64,000 nt of DNA from Candidatus Altimarinota bacterium (GTDB lineage: Bacteria; Patescibacteriota; Gracilibacteria; JBDHUY01), in assembly GCA_039809385.1 (NCBI GenBank), contig JBDHUY010000001.1:96001-160000 (forward strand), written 5' to 3'. How positions within the stretch are numbered: position 1 is the stretch's first letter; each line of letters opens with the position of its first letter. Made by a program: the position numbers and the translations under genes. Under the pieces are notes generated by a model that saw nothing but the letters and a program-made list of their open reading frames with translations, was not told where the DNA came from and did not search any database. Below, in pieces: positions 49,260 to 59,620 of the stretch.

Positions 49260-50030
49260 ATGGAAATTTCCGCATCAATGGTCATGCAACTACGCGAAAA
49301 GACCGGCGTTTCGATGATGGCTTGTAAAAAAGCCCTGACCGAAGCCAACGGCGAGATGGAAAAAGCTGTCGAGATCTTACGCAAAAGCGGCGAAGCCAAA
49401 GCCGCCAGTAAAGCCGACCGGGTTACCCACGAAGGTCGCATTTTTATGAAAAGCAACGGGAACGAACTGGGCATCGTCGGGATTGCCTGCGAGACCGATT
49501 TCGTCGCGCGCAACGAAGATTTCGGTCATCTGGGAGAAGCTGTTCTGGACGTCTTGCTAAATGAGGGCGAAGAAGCCGCCAAGACCAAAGCCGATCAAAT
49601 GATCAAAGAACTGATCGTCAAATTAGGCGAGAATATGTCTCTTACGATAGCCAAGAAAGTGTCGGGACATACGTGGGGATTGTATGTTCACAGTAACAAT
49701 AAACTGGGTGCCTTTGTTTCGCTCGCCTCGGGAACAGACGATCAGGCCAAAGACGTCGCTATGCATGTAGCGGCCACAAATCCGCAGTTTCTAAGCCCAG
49801 ATGACGTAGATCAGGTGGCAGTCGACAAGGAAGTCGAAATCATGAAAGAGCAGCTGAAAAACGAAGGCAAACCCGAAAACATCTGGGACAAGATTCTGGA
49901 AGGAAAAGTCAAAAAATTCCGGGAAGAGCGGGCACTGCTCACCCAGCCATTTGTAAAAGATCCTTCCATGACGATCGAAAAGTATTTGAACGGAGTAGCG
50001 GTGGAAAAGTTTGAGTATGTGGCGTTGTAA
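49260..50030 (+). CDS. tsf: Elongation factor Ts
   Basis: LREKTGVSMMACKKAL, CETDFVARN, AMHVAATNP, LLTQPFVKDP. Confidence 0.97.
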   Translation: MEISASMVMQLREKTGVSMMACKKALTEANGEMEKAVEILRKSGEAKAASKADRVTHEGRIFMKSNGNELGIVGIACETDFVARNEDFGHLGEAVLDVLLNEGEEAAKTKADQMIKELIVKLGENMSLTIAKKVSGHTWGLYVHSNNKLGAFVSLASGTDDQAKDVAMHVAATNPQFLSPDDVDQVAVDKEVEIMKEQLKNEGKPENIWDKILEGKVKKFREERALLTQPFVKDPSMTIEKYLNGVAVEKFEYVAL

Positions 50031-50048
50031 ATAGTGAAAAGAACCTAT

Positions 50049-50087
50049 AAAAGATTCCTTCATGTTTTGCACGAAGGAATCTTTTTT
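50049..50087 (+). terminator. Intrinsic terminator after tsf
   Basis: AAAAGATTCCTTC-loop-GAAGGAATCTTTTTT. Confidence 0.85.
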
Positions 50088-50333
50088 GGGGTATGGCAGA
50101 CTTTAGAGTATTTATACGATATAGTCAGCTCATGTAGCTTGCCGTAGAATAATAGGACTCCAACGACAATAGAATCTTGTCTATATTTCAATCCCTCCGT
50201 CCTTTCTTGCGATGACACATTATCTTGAGTTAGCTATACCATACTCATTCGCTCATTACGGCACGAGAATGAAAAAGTTCAAAATCTAAATAGCCTGAAT
50301 TACGAAATAGACAAATGAATGGCTTTTCTAAGC

Positions 50334-50479
50334 GTCATTGCGAGGAGGTTTGTACTATGCTTTTCAACAAGCTATTGACCAGACGAAGCAATGTGTGTCC
50401 CCTATCAGACAGTACATGAGATTGCTTCGTCTAGGAAGAATCGTCGAGATACTATTGTTCAAAGCTTCCTCGCAATGAC
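50334..50479. repeat. REP-like palindromic element
   Basis: Perfect inverted ends GTCATTGCGAGGA / TCCTCGCAATGAC plus inner pair GACGAAGCAAT / ATTGCTTCGTC. Confidence 0.75.
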
Positions 50480-50690
50480 GGAGTTGCTCATCGTAAGACC
50501 AGGATAGATTTCCTAATTCAAGCTAAATACTAAATCCAAAGTTCAAACAGATCCCTAGCTCGATAGTAGACATTTGAAATTTGAGTTTTGATATTTGACA
50601 TTCTTTTGTCATTTGTCTGCCGCGGCGGATTGTGATTTGAATTTTTTCTGCTTATACCAATGGATGCATTGTTTAAACTCGGCATCGGTA

Positions 50691-52406
50691 CTAGTAGAGA
50701 CTTTGCAAATAACAGGCTTCGCAGTAGACGGACTCCGGTCTCCCGGGAGCATAACTGGTCTGAATGGAGGCAGCGCAACGATCGCAGGTACGAGACCACA
50801 GCCGGTGGGGATTTTTGAGTGCAAAACGATCGGTGTGGCGCTGGTCGGGATGGCGGCGCGGTAACGGAATATTATATTTGCGGTAAAACTCCAGTTCCTG
50901 CCGGATGATGCGGAATGGCTTTCCGGTAACCTCGCATTGAATCGCCCAGTTGAGCAGATTATCGGCAATCTCATAGATAGTATCCGGCAACTGGTCCGCC
51001 GGAATGATTTTTTCCACCTCCGGGCTGGGGCGTTCATAATCGCTCCAGTTATATCCCCGGGACAGAGCTTCCGAGCGGGTTAAAGGAAAATAGTCACTCG
51101 CAATCGTCTCGTTATATCCAAACGGCGACAGAGCGGGCGGGAAATATTCGCCCCACTCGGGTATTCCCGCAGAAGTGACGTTTTTTTGCATATGTTCGAT
51201 GATCTTCGGCACCAGTATCTCGTATTCTTGTTTGGTATATTGTTTGTTCAGAATACAGTACCGGGCGCGTTTCAGGCCCACACAACCAAACAAATACGCC
51301 GATCCGTTCACGCAGGAATCGCAATACAGGCATTCCCGGGCATTGATCAAAAAAGAGCTGAACAGATTTCTATAGCCGGGAAATACTTGCGGGCCGACCT
51401 CGTACATCAGTTCGGTTCCCTCGCCCACTCCCGTAAAATCATAGACATCGTGTATCTGGTTCACGCTGAGAAACCCATATTTGCAATGCGAGATGCTGCT
51501 CTGCATTCCGTCGCTTTCAAAGATCCAGGCCGAGTCTTTGACATTCCTGATTTCGTCTCCGCTCGCATTGTCACACAAGGTCTGACGCGAGGCGACTCGA
51601 GGCATACGGGCACGTTCGATCTCAAATTTTTCGCGCCAATACCTGATTTTTTGATAGGAACCATTTATATTCTCGAGAATAAACTGCTCGAATTTTTCGG
51701 AAGAAACCGGCTGATTGAAAATGTGATACTCCTTGTTTCGAAGACCAACACACCCGAAACAATTGCGACATTGCCGGCAATCATACAGGAAATAGGAATC
51801 CGAACAATTCTCGCTGTAGCTAGAGTAAAAAAGGTTGTAACCGCCCTTACATTGAACGCATTCGTAGCAATACTGCGAGTCGATCAGAAAATAAAAGTCG
51901 ACGCACGATTGAACATAACGGCTATAGTGGCCATACAGACAGTTTTGGGCTTCGAAGCCGACTGTCATGTAGCAGTTCTTGCTATGGGCGATTTTGGTAC
52001 AGTAATTGCAATTTTCAGACATCACGCGGTTTTGATTCATCCGCGGAACGGACAAAGATAGTTCCCGATATTGTTCAAAAAACGGCCGCGAAAAGTCAAA
52101 ATCTCGTCCATAGTCGCGGGCATCCCAGCGGTCCGACCACCAGTAATCGGCACTCACGACCGGAAAAGCATGGCCCGGCCGGTAAATAGAGAGAATCGGA
52201 GCTTGGGTAATGGCATCGACATCGTGGTAGAGTTGCCGTTCATTTGCCATGCACATACGCCGGGCGCTGCGACAGGGCGGACACACGGTCGGAGGCGGTA
52301 CCAGATATTTTTTACCGGCAAATACCGGCGATACTTTTTCATAAAAAACCATATCTTCGTCCGCTATGTCAAAAACCGTTTTACACCAACGACAACTTCG
52401 ATGCAT
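50691..52406 (-). CDS. Cys-rich repeat / zinc-ribbon protein of the type common in CPR genomes
   Basis: CxxC motifs at both ends, PPTVCPPCR, YGRDFDFSRPFFEQ, repeated C..CFGCVGL...YCILNKQY, WGEYFP..LSPFGYNET, VYCEACY; start ATG 52406. Confidence 0.85.
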   Translation of the reverse strand: MHRSCRWCKTVFDIADEDMVFYEKVSPVFAGKKYLVPPPTVCPPCRSARRMCMANERQLYHDVDAITQAPILSIYRPGHAFPVVSADYWWSDRWDARDYGRDFDFSRPFFEQYRELSLSVPRMNQNRVMSENCNYCTKIAHSKNCYMTVGFEAQNCLYGHYSRYVQSCVDFYFLIDSQYCYECVQCKGGYNLFYSSYSENCSDSYFLYDCRQCRNCFGCVGLRNKEYHIFNQPVSSEKFEQFILENINGSYQKIRYWREKFEIERARMPRVASRQTLCDNASGDEIRNVKDSAWIFESDGMQSSISHCKYGFLSVNQIHDVYDFTGVGEGTELMYEVGPQVFPGYRNLFSSFLINARECLYCDSCVNGSAYLFGCVGLKRARYCILNKQYTKQEYEILVPKIIEHMQKNVTSAGIPEWGEYFPPALSPFGYNETIASDYFPLTRSEALSRGYNWSDYERPSPEVEKIIPADQLPDTIYEIADNLLNWAIQCEVTGKPFRIIRQELEFYRKYNIPLPRRHPDQRHTDRFALKNPHRLWSRTCDRCAASIQTSYAPGRPESVYCEACYLQSLY

Positions 52407-52675
52407 ACCAAGTATTAGTCTTAGGAATATCCCGGCAAACAAGACGAAAAAATTGTACAGTGGAGTAGACAAAAGGACAATAGAGAAGGATGCTCCATGA
52501 AGCGATATATTGAGAAATCTATATAACTTCTTTTGAATAAGCCTGGCAACAGTCTTTTTTCTCAGAATTTAGGAATTTCTTATTTTAGGCTATTGCTTCA
52601 GGAAAAAAACTCTTGTACCGTTTTGGGCGGCAAGCTTTTTTGCCGTGTCGATTTTATTTTTTAACCCTCCTTTGT

Positions 52676-53152
52676 ATGAAATACAAAGCATTTACCCTGG
52701 GGGTCGCTATATTATCACTTATTGTTGTAAGCTCCACGCTGCCGGCGCGCGGGCAAGACAGCGAAAAAACCAGAGAAGGTCCCGTATTGGCCCAACGAGC
52801 TTCGGGCGTCAAGAATCCGACGTGTCTGGATAATTATCTATCCTGGAACAATTCAACGACGTACAAAACCACCTCCAGCTGGAATACGGCTTTTATGACC
52901 TCGTCGGTCATAGCGACTTTGGCGTCTGCCGGAAGCAATTCGCTGAACCCGATCAATCAGCTACAAGATATTAACGGAGACGGTCTACCCGATTACGTTT
53001 ATCTTCAAAAAGCCAACGATTTTACCGGTCAAAATCAGGCAGCGAGCGAAGCCAGCTGCGTTTATCTGAACAACGGAAATGGCTGGACCTTGACATACCG
53101 GTGCGTAGCAGACCCCACGAGCGGCAAATTTTACGGCGACTGCGCCGGATAA
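52676..53152 (+). CDS. Small secreted protein with a single FG-GAP/VCBS-like repeat
   Basis: Signal peptide from ATG 52676; LQDINGDGLPDYV...VYLNNGNGW. Confidence 0.75.
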   Translation: MKYKAFTLGVAILSLIVVSSTLPARGQDSEKTREGPVLAQRASGVKNPTCLDNYLSWNNSTTYKTTSSWNTAFMTSSVIATLASAGSNSLNPINQLQDINGDGLPDYVYLQKANDFTGQNQAASEASCVYLNNGNGWTLTYRCVADPTSGKFYGDCAG

Positions 53153-53407
53153 GAATCGCCACACACTTGCATCGGCATTCTATAAAACGATGTAGCTTGA
53201 ACGCGATATTTCAAGATGTTCATACACATGAAACATTGCTCAAATGTATATGGGGGATGATTCCAGCGAGCATCTGTGACGAAAAAATTACGCAACGAGC
53301 CTCGATCTCCTCTTTTTAAAAATCAAGAATGAAAACCGAGTAGAACTTTTTTCCAGCACTACGAAGGCACACAAATCGATGATTCTATAACTTTATTTCT
53401 CCTCTCT

Positions 53408-56400
53408 ATGGATTTCCGAAAACGAATGAGCGCCTTGATGCTCGTCATGATCCTGGCAAATACACTAAATATTCCTTTGCTCGTCCATGCCGCCGAGAAT
53501 GAAAAAGCAGCTGAATCGACCAGCGACAGCAACGATACCAGCACCGGCAGTGGCACAAGCATCGCAGCTGAAACTACTACTTCGGGTATTCAAAGCGATA
53601 ACGGAGAAATCCAGACAGATAAAGACAGAGATTCTCTCCCCGCAGAGAATGTCCCGGAAGAAAAAGTTACAGTACCGGAAATAAACGCCCTCCGGGCGAC
53701 CGAGACCGTGACACCTCCGTATTTGTTCGCTTCCTCGCAGGCTCCTGCAAACAATACCAAGAATGGGTTAAAAGGCTTGAAAGGAACTTTTCAGACCGAT
53801 CTCTTTACCGGTGGCGGTTCGTTCAGCTACCCGCTCGACGTAATTCCCGGTCGCGGTGGTATGACACCCAGCGTAGTTCTGGGATACTCCACGCAAAATA
53901 CGCGTCAGGATAGTCTGGTCGGCTACGGCTGGGATATCAATTCGTCGTTTATCGTACGGAGCGGCAATAAAGGAACCGATAAACTCTATTCCGAAAACAG
54001 TTTTACCGCATCCCTGTTCGGATTAACCGAAGAGTTAGTCCTGACCAATGCCGCAACCGGGGAGTTCCGTCCCAAAGTAGAAGGATCGTTCCGGGTTTAT
54101 ACTTTTACCAATGGCACATGGACGGCACGCGACAAAACTGGAACCCAGTATATTTTCGGATCGACTGCCAATAGCCAGCAAGGGAATCCCGCTGATCCCA
54201 CAAAAATATACAAATGGATGCTGGAAAAAGTTATGGATACGAACGGAAATTACATGAGTTTTTCTTATACCAAAGACCAGAACCAGATCTATCCTGATGC
54301 GATCCGTTATACCGGCAACGGCACCGATCCGGGGATCTTTGAAGTGCGTTTTACATTGGAAAATCGCCCTGTCGTAGTACAGAACGCGATTCCGGGCTTT
54401 ATGATAACCACGACGAAGAGAATGAAACAGGTGGACATGCGCCTCAACACTACCAGCAGCTATCAAACCGCCTATAGCTTTATATTCAATTATAATGATG
54501 GAGGAATAATAAAAAACCTGCTCACTTCCGTGGTACAGAGCAGCGGGTCCCAAAATATTCCTCCCTTGGCATTTGGGTACACGAGCGGAACCGAAAGCCC
54601 GATCCAGCTACCGAACCTCCTAAAATCGATTCAAACTCCCTACGGCGGGCAGACCAGTATCGTCTATCAATCCTCGAAGCAGGCCTTCAATGGTAACACG
54701 CCGCTTAATCCCAAATTGTTTCTCCAGATCAATACGGTAAAAAGCATCACCCAAAAGAACAGTCCGTCGGATTCGCCGAAAGTCACGAATTATACCTATA
54801 AAAACGGGCATTACTTTTTTGAAATGCTCGACAGTTACAAACGCGAATATGCCGGGTTCGGACAAGTAACTGTCACCGATCCGCTGGGACAAATCCAACA
54901 ATTGTACTTTCACCAGAGCGAAAAAGACAGTACGAATCCTTCCACCGGCCCACTAGGAGAATTTCAAGACCATTTGAGCAAAAAAGGTCGTATCTATCGG
55001 CAGGAAACTTTAGATGGGAGCGGGAATATGTATCGGATCATCCTGAGCAAATGGGACCGCTCCGACCTGGGAAACGGCAGAAGCTTTCCATTTCTCAGTC
55101 AGGCAGTCACGATGCAATACGACGGCGGGAGTACTCACAATGATACGGCAGTCAGTTACGCGTACGATCAGTACGGGAACATTACCAGCGAGAAGAACTG
55201 GGGAGAAGTTACGGCGAACAATGACGGAACATTCAGCGACATCGGATCGGACACGGTAATAAAAGAAAACCTCTATGCTCAAAGTAGCACCGGGTATATT
55301 ACGGCCCTGCCGCAACAGGTCACGCTGAAAGACGGCAGCGGTACGCAGCTTCAGCAGCAGCGCATCTTTTATGATAATCTGCCGCTCGGGCAGGTAGCCA
55401 AGGGCAATATGACCAAACAGGAAGAATGGCTCAATCCTGGCAATCGCTTTATCGCTGCGAAACAACAAACGTTTAATATATTCGGCCTTGTTACCGCAAC
55501 CACTGATCCCCGCGGCAAGACCAGCACGCTAGCCTACGATACCTATAATCTCTATGCGGCTATTACCACCAACCCGCTGGGACATACGACGACCGGAAGT
55601 TATGATTATGCTTCCGGTCAGGCCAAAGAGACGATCGATCCGAACGGCGTAAAAACCACCAACCAGTATGATCCGTTCGGCCGGCTGGTCGAAACAAAGA
55701 TTACCGATCCGGCCAATACAGCTGCCCAGAAGACCAGCAAAACCATCCGATATTTCGACCTTGAACAACCGGTGCGTGTAGTAGAAACCGATTTTAACGG
55801 ACAAACCGGAAATACCGGGAAACAGGAGATACGCTTCTTTGACGGAGTCGGACAACTGATGCAAACCCGCAGAACCGCCGAGGGCAACAATACCTATATC
55901 GTAAAATCCATTATTTACGATCAGAAAAACCGTGTTTCCAAAGAGCTTTTACCCGTCTTTGGAACCGGAGCAAGCTTTACGGCTCCCGATAACAACGGAG
56001 CCGGCAACATGATGAGCTATGACGTGCTTGACCGGACCAAAGCGGTCACCAATACGCTCGGTAGCACCACAACATTGTACGACAAATGGACTAAAACCGT
56101 CACCGACGCGAACGGTCATTCGAGAAAGTTTGTCTACGACGCCTACCAAAACCTGATCCGCGTGGAAGATACGAACGGATCTCAAACGTACAGCACGCGC
56201 TACGATTACGATGCCCTGAAGCATCTGAGAAAGATCACCGACGCCGAAAGCAATATCCGCACCTTCAGCTACGATTCTCTCTCTCGATTGCTGAATCAGG
56301 ATATGTTACATCCTTCTACTGCAGTCAATGTGGGCAGCTGGAACTACACGTACGACGACGGAGGAAATTTGACCGCTCGTACCGATCCGGAGAACCGGGT

Positions 56401-58480
56401 CGTGAATTATAGCTATGATGATCTAAACCGCCTGCTGACTGAAGACTTTGCGGGCAATGGCGAAATCGAAGTAAAAAATGACTACGACGACCGCCCAAAT
56501 GCCAAAGGAAAGCTGATCAGGGTCACCCTACCCGGCTATGTGATCGGATTGCTGTACGATCCGCTCGGTCGCGTAACGTCGCGGTATGATGTTTTGGACG
56601 GCGTCAATTATAGTACGAATACGTCGTACGACCTGCTGGGAAATACGCTCAGTATCACGTACCCCAATAGCAAAACCGTGACCTATGAGTATAACAACGC
56701 CTATCAGATCAATGCTATAGCTCTGGCCCCCGGTTCGACGCTGGTATCCAACATCGACTATTCGCCGCTCGACATGATCAGCCGGATCGATATGGGTAAC
56801 GGAGCTACTACGATAAACACGTACGATATCGCAAAGCTGTATCGGCTGACGAATAAGAAAACCACCAAAGAAGCAACCATTCTGCAAGACCTCTCCTACA
56901 CCTACGATCCGGTAGGAAATCTTTTGGCTATCGCCGAAAATGCGCCCACCGCCGCCAAAAGAAACGCGACGTACACGTATGACGATCTGGACCGGCTGCT
57001 GAGCGCTACGATTACCAACACGAACAATAACACGAATGTTTCTCAAACGTTCAGCTATAGCCCGGGCGGCAATATTCTCTCCAATTCGTTGTTGGGCAAT
57101 TATGTCTATGACGGAGCTAATAATGCCAATCCCCAGGCTGTAACGCGCGTCGGCAACGACCGCACGTATGCGTATGATAAAAACGGCAATGTGGTTGCCA
57201 TAGGCAAAGCAGGCGTCAATCAGAATCTGAGCTACGATTACCGCAACAATCTCAGCCAGTCGGTCAAAGGAACCGCGGTGACGAAGTATGCTTACGATCA
57301 GGGTTTTAATCGAATCAAAAAATGGAGTTCGGGGAGCAATGCGTTACAGGTATATTTAGGAGACTACGAAATCGAAGGAACGGCGAATAGTTCGGGAGTA
57401 CTGACTGGTACAACTCTGCAGCGGATCAATGTTCCCTTGGGCAAAGGACAGGGAGTATCGATCGAGACGACGATTACGGGGAATATCACCGCTCCGATTT
57501 ATCATCATACCGATCATTTGACCGGATCGAGCGTCGATACGGATCAGAATGGGTATATGCTCGAGGTGCAGGATTATCTGCCTTTCGGTTCGCAACGGGT
57601 CGACCAGCGCTTTCAGTCGTACGCAAACAAGAAAAAATTTACCGGAAAAGAGCTGGATAGCGAAAACGGACTGTACTACTATGGAGCGCGGTACTATGAT
57701 AGTGACATAGGGCGCTTCATGGGGGTCGATCCGGCAGTATTTTTCCATGACAAGTTTGCCGATCTGCTGGTAAATCCGCAGCTGCTCAACAACTACAGCT
57801 ATGTCGCCAACAATCCGCTAAAGTATGTTGATCCGGATGGACAATTCTTACAACTCCTGGCAGCTCTTGTATCAGTTGTAGTCACGGCAATCGATGTGCT
57901 GACGACTTTCTTTAGTGGAATTCCGATTGCCAATGCGCCGGGACCGGAAGGTCCGGTCACTGCGGCAACTGCAGCTCCGGCCCGAGACGGCTTGAACGGC
58001 GAGATTGTGGATATGGCAGTAGGAGCAGTTGTGGGCGGAGTAATTGGGAAAGGGCTCGGTGCAGGGATTGAATATGTTGGAGGGAAACTTTTAGGAAAGG
58101 CGGGAGAAGAAGCAATCCAGTCAACGACTTCCACTGTACGACAAGGTATTGACGACGCGATAAATGCCGATATTCCTAAAGTTAGTGGTGATGTGTTACC
58201 AACTAATGTTCAAAATACAGTTTCTCAACTAAAAAGTAACGGTTACGAATCATTGCAGGGATATAAAGGAAAAGAGGTATTTGAAAATAGAGAAGGCTTG
58301 CTTCCTTTGCAAAAACCAAACTATTATACAGAATTTGATGTAAAACCATTGACCACCGGCTCTGATCGAGGATTAGACAGGATTGTAGTAGGAGGGCAGG
58401 GAGAAACTACTTTCTTTACTAATACACACTATGGTACTGTTCCAAATGGAATTGATCCACCATTTTACCAAATAAAATAG
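53408..58480 (+). CDS. RHS/YD-repeat polymorphic toxin (SpvB + TcdB-mid + RHS core) with C-terminal barnase/RNase Sa-like ribonuclease
   Basis: Signal peptide; TGGGSFSYPL..PGRGGMTP...VGYGW (SpvB); REYAGFGQVTVTDP; YD repeats; FTGKELD..GLYYYGARYYD..GRF; NPLKYVDPDG; toxin FENREGLLP...YYTEFDV...RGLDRIVVG...FFTNTHY. Confidence 0.93.
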   Translation: MDFRKRMSALMLVMILANTLNIPLLVHAAENEKAAESTSDSNDTSTGSGTSIAAETTTSGIQSDNGEIQTDKDRDSLPAENVPEEKVTVPEINALRATETVTPPYLFASSQAPANNTKNGLKGLKGTFQTDLFTGGGSFSYPLDVIPGRGGMTPSVVLGYSTQNTRQDSLVGYGWDINSSFIVRSGNKGTDKLYSENSFTASLFGLTEELVLTNAATGEFRPKVEGSFRVYTFTNGTWTARDKTGTQYIFGSTANSQQGNPADPTKIYKWMLEKVMDTNGNYMSFSYTKDQNQIYPDAIRYTGNGTDPGIFEVRFTLENRPVVVQNAIPGFMITTTKRMKQVDMRLNTTSSYQTAYSFIFNYNDGGIIKNLLTSVVQSSGSQNIPPLAFGYTSGTESPIQLPNLLKSIQTPYGGQTSIVYQSSKQAFNGNTPLNPKLFLQINTVKSITQKNSPSDSPKVTNYTYKNGHYFFEMLDSYKREYAGFGQVTVTDPLGQIQQLYFHQSEKDSTNPSTGPLGEFQDHLSKKGRIYRQETLDGSGNMYRIILSKWDRSDLGNGRSFPFLSQAVTMQYDGGSTHNDTAVSYAYDQYGNITSEKNWGEVTANNDGTFSDIGSDTVIKENLYAQSSTGYITALPQQVTLKDGSGTQLQQQRIFYDNLPLGQVAKGNMTKQEEWLNPGNRFIAAKQQTFNIFGLVTATTDPRGKTSTLAYDTYNLYAAITTNPLGHTTTGSYDYASGQAKETIDPNGVKTTNQYDPFGRLVETKITDPANTAAQKTSKTIRYFDLEQPVRVVETDFNGQTGNTGKQEIRFFDGVGQLMQTRRTAEGNNTYIVKSIIYDQKNRVSKELLPVFGTGASFTAPDNNGAGNMMSYDVLDRTKAVTNTLGSTTTLYDKWTKTVTDANGHSRKFVYDAYQNLIRVEDTNGSQTYSTRYDYDALKHLRKITDAESNIRTFSYDSLSRLLNQDMLHPSTAVNVGSWNYTYDDGGNLTARTDPENRVVNYSYDDLNRLLTEDFAGNGEIEVKNDYDDRPNAKGKLIRVTLPGYVIGLLYDPLGRVTSRYDVLDGVNYSTNTSYDLLGNTLSITYPNSKTVTYEYNNAYQINAIALAPGSTLVSNIDYSPLDMISRIDMGNGATTINTYDIAKLYRLTNKKTTKEATILQDLSYTYDPVGNLLAIAENAPTAAKRNATYTYDDLDRLLSATITNTNNNTNVSQTFSYSPGGNILSNSLLGNYVYDGANNANPQAVTRVGNDRTYAYDKNGNVVAIGKAGVNQNLSYDYRNNLSQSVKGTAVTKYAYDQGFNRIKKWSSGSNALQVYLGDYEIEGTANSSGVLTGTTLQRINVPLGKGQGVSIETTITGNITAPIYHHTDHLTGSSVDTDQNGYMLEVQDYLPFGSQRVDQRFQSYANKKKFTGKELDSENGLYYYGARYYDSDIGRFMGVDPAVFFHDKFADLLVNPQLLNNYSYVANNPLKYVDPDGQFLQLLAALVSVVVTAIDVLTTFFSGIPIANAPGPEGPVTAATAAPARDGLNGEIVDMAVGAVVGGVIGKGLGAGIEYVGGKLLGKAGEEAIQSTTSTVRQGIDDAINADIPKVSGDVLPTNVQNTVSQLKSNGYESLQGYKGKEVFENREGLLPLQKPNYYTEFDVKPLTTGSDRGLDRIVVGGQGETTFFTNTHYGTVPNGIDPPFYQIK

Positions 58481-58500
58481 TACTACTTAGAAATTAAATT

Positions 58501-59055
58501 ATGATACCTTTCAACCGTAGAGAAGTTGTCTTCCAAAAACATTTAGATTTCGATCTTATAAGGGATGGCAGTTGTATCTTGTATCATAAAAAAGATTACT
58601 TAGACAAGGATAAAAACTGGCTGTCACAAAAAGGCTATGAAGTATATGAATTTCATTGCCATCAGTGGAAAGATCGACATACCATGCATACAGACTTGCA
58701 AGATAAATTGCAGTTTCCCTATTACGGGATGAACCTCGATGCTCTAAATGATAGTCTTAAGAACCGAGAAACAGTGGAAAACTCTACAGGTTTAATCTTA
58801 ATCTTTTATCAGTTTGATTCTTATATGTCTAAAGATGAGGAATATTCCTTAAATTTATTAGACGTATTAAACAATTGCTCACGATATTTTCTTCTATTTG
58901 GAGAAAAGCTTCTTGTCTTGATACAAGTCGATAATAGAGCCCTGGAAATATATCCCATATCCTTCAATGGGGTAATCTGGAATTTTAATGAGAGATTTGC
59001 AAAAAGCAGAGGAATTCCTCAAGAAAAAATGCAAGTGATTGGAAAAAAAATCTGA
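58501..59055 (+). CDS. Barstar-family immunity protein
   Basis: LQFPYYGMNLDALNDSL motif; directly follows the RNase toxin. Confidence 0.88.
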   Translation: MIPFNRREVVFQKHLDFDLIRDGSCILYHKKDYLDKDKNWLSQKGYEVYEFHCHQWKDRHTMHTDLQDKLQFPYYGMNLDALNDSLKNRETVENSTGLILIFYQFDSYMSKDEEYSLNLLDVLNNCSRYFLLFGEKLLVLIQVDNRALEIYPISFNGVIWNFNERFAKSRGIPQEKMQVIGKKI

Positions 59056-59117
59056 AGAATAAGAAAGTAAGACTATTATCACGAAAGTTAGGGAGTTAGC
59101 AGATAGTTCATCCGAGC

Positions 59118-59612
59118 ATGAGACATCCGATCGCCCCGGAAGAAAAAAGTACGGGCTTTGCTCTGGGTGAGGCGGTGGGAAACGGGATTGGTTTTGGAGT
59201 TGGTGTTGCGGAAGCGGTTGGAGGAGGGTTAGTAATCGCAGGAAGTGTGGCCGGAGCAGGAGCGCTCTCGGCGGGAAGCGAGGCTCTCGCGGTTGGTGTA
59301 GTCACGGCAGGGGTAGGAGTAGGGGCTTTAGGAGTACAACAAGGTACGGGAATTGCGCAGTATTCGACTAAGAAGGCGTTGAGTGGGGGTGATGAACCAG
59401 AAGATATAACCAAGAAGAGCGATTGGAAACGAGCGAATGAACATCAAATTGAAACGTTGAAAGAAAAAGGATTTAATGCACATGATCCTCAATGGAAGGT
59501 AGGGAAATCAAAACAAGATGTATTCATTGATAAAAAAGGTAATGTAGGATTGGGCCCCAGAAAAGGTTCAGGAGAAATCGATCCCCTAGAAATAAATATT
59601 TATAATGAATAA
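59118..59612 (+). CDS. Orphan toxin C-terminal cassette (Ntox33-like)
   Basis: Gly/Ala-rich hydrophobic pre-toxin segment, then LKEKGFNAH...DVFIDKKGNV...RKGSGE.DP. Confidence 0.6.
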   Translation: MRHPIAPEEKSTGFALGEAVGNGIGFGVGVAEAVGGGLVIAGSVAGAGALSAGSEALAVGVVTAGVGVGALGVQQGTGIAQYSTKKALSGGDEPEDITKKSDWKRANEHQIETLKEKGFNAHDPQWKVGKSKQDVFIDKKGNVGLGPRKGSGEIDPLEINIYNE

Positions 59613-59620
59613 GAACATTT

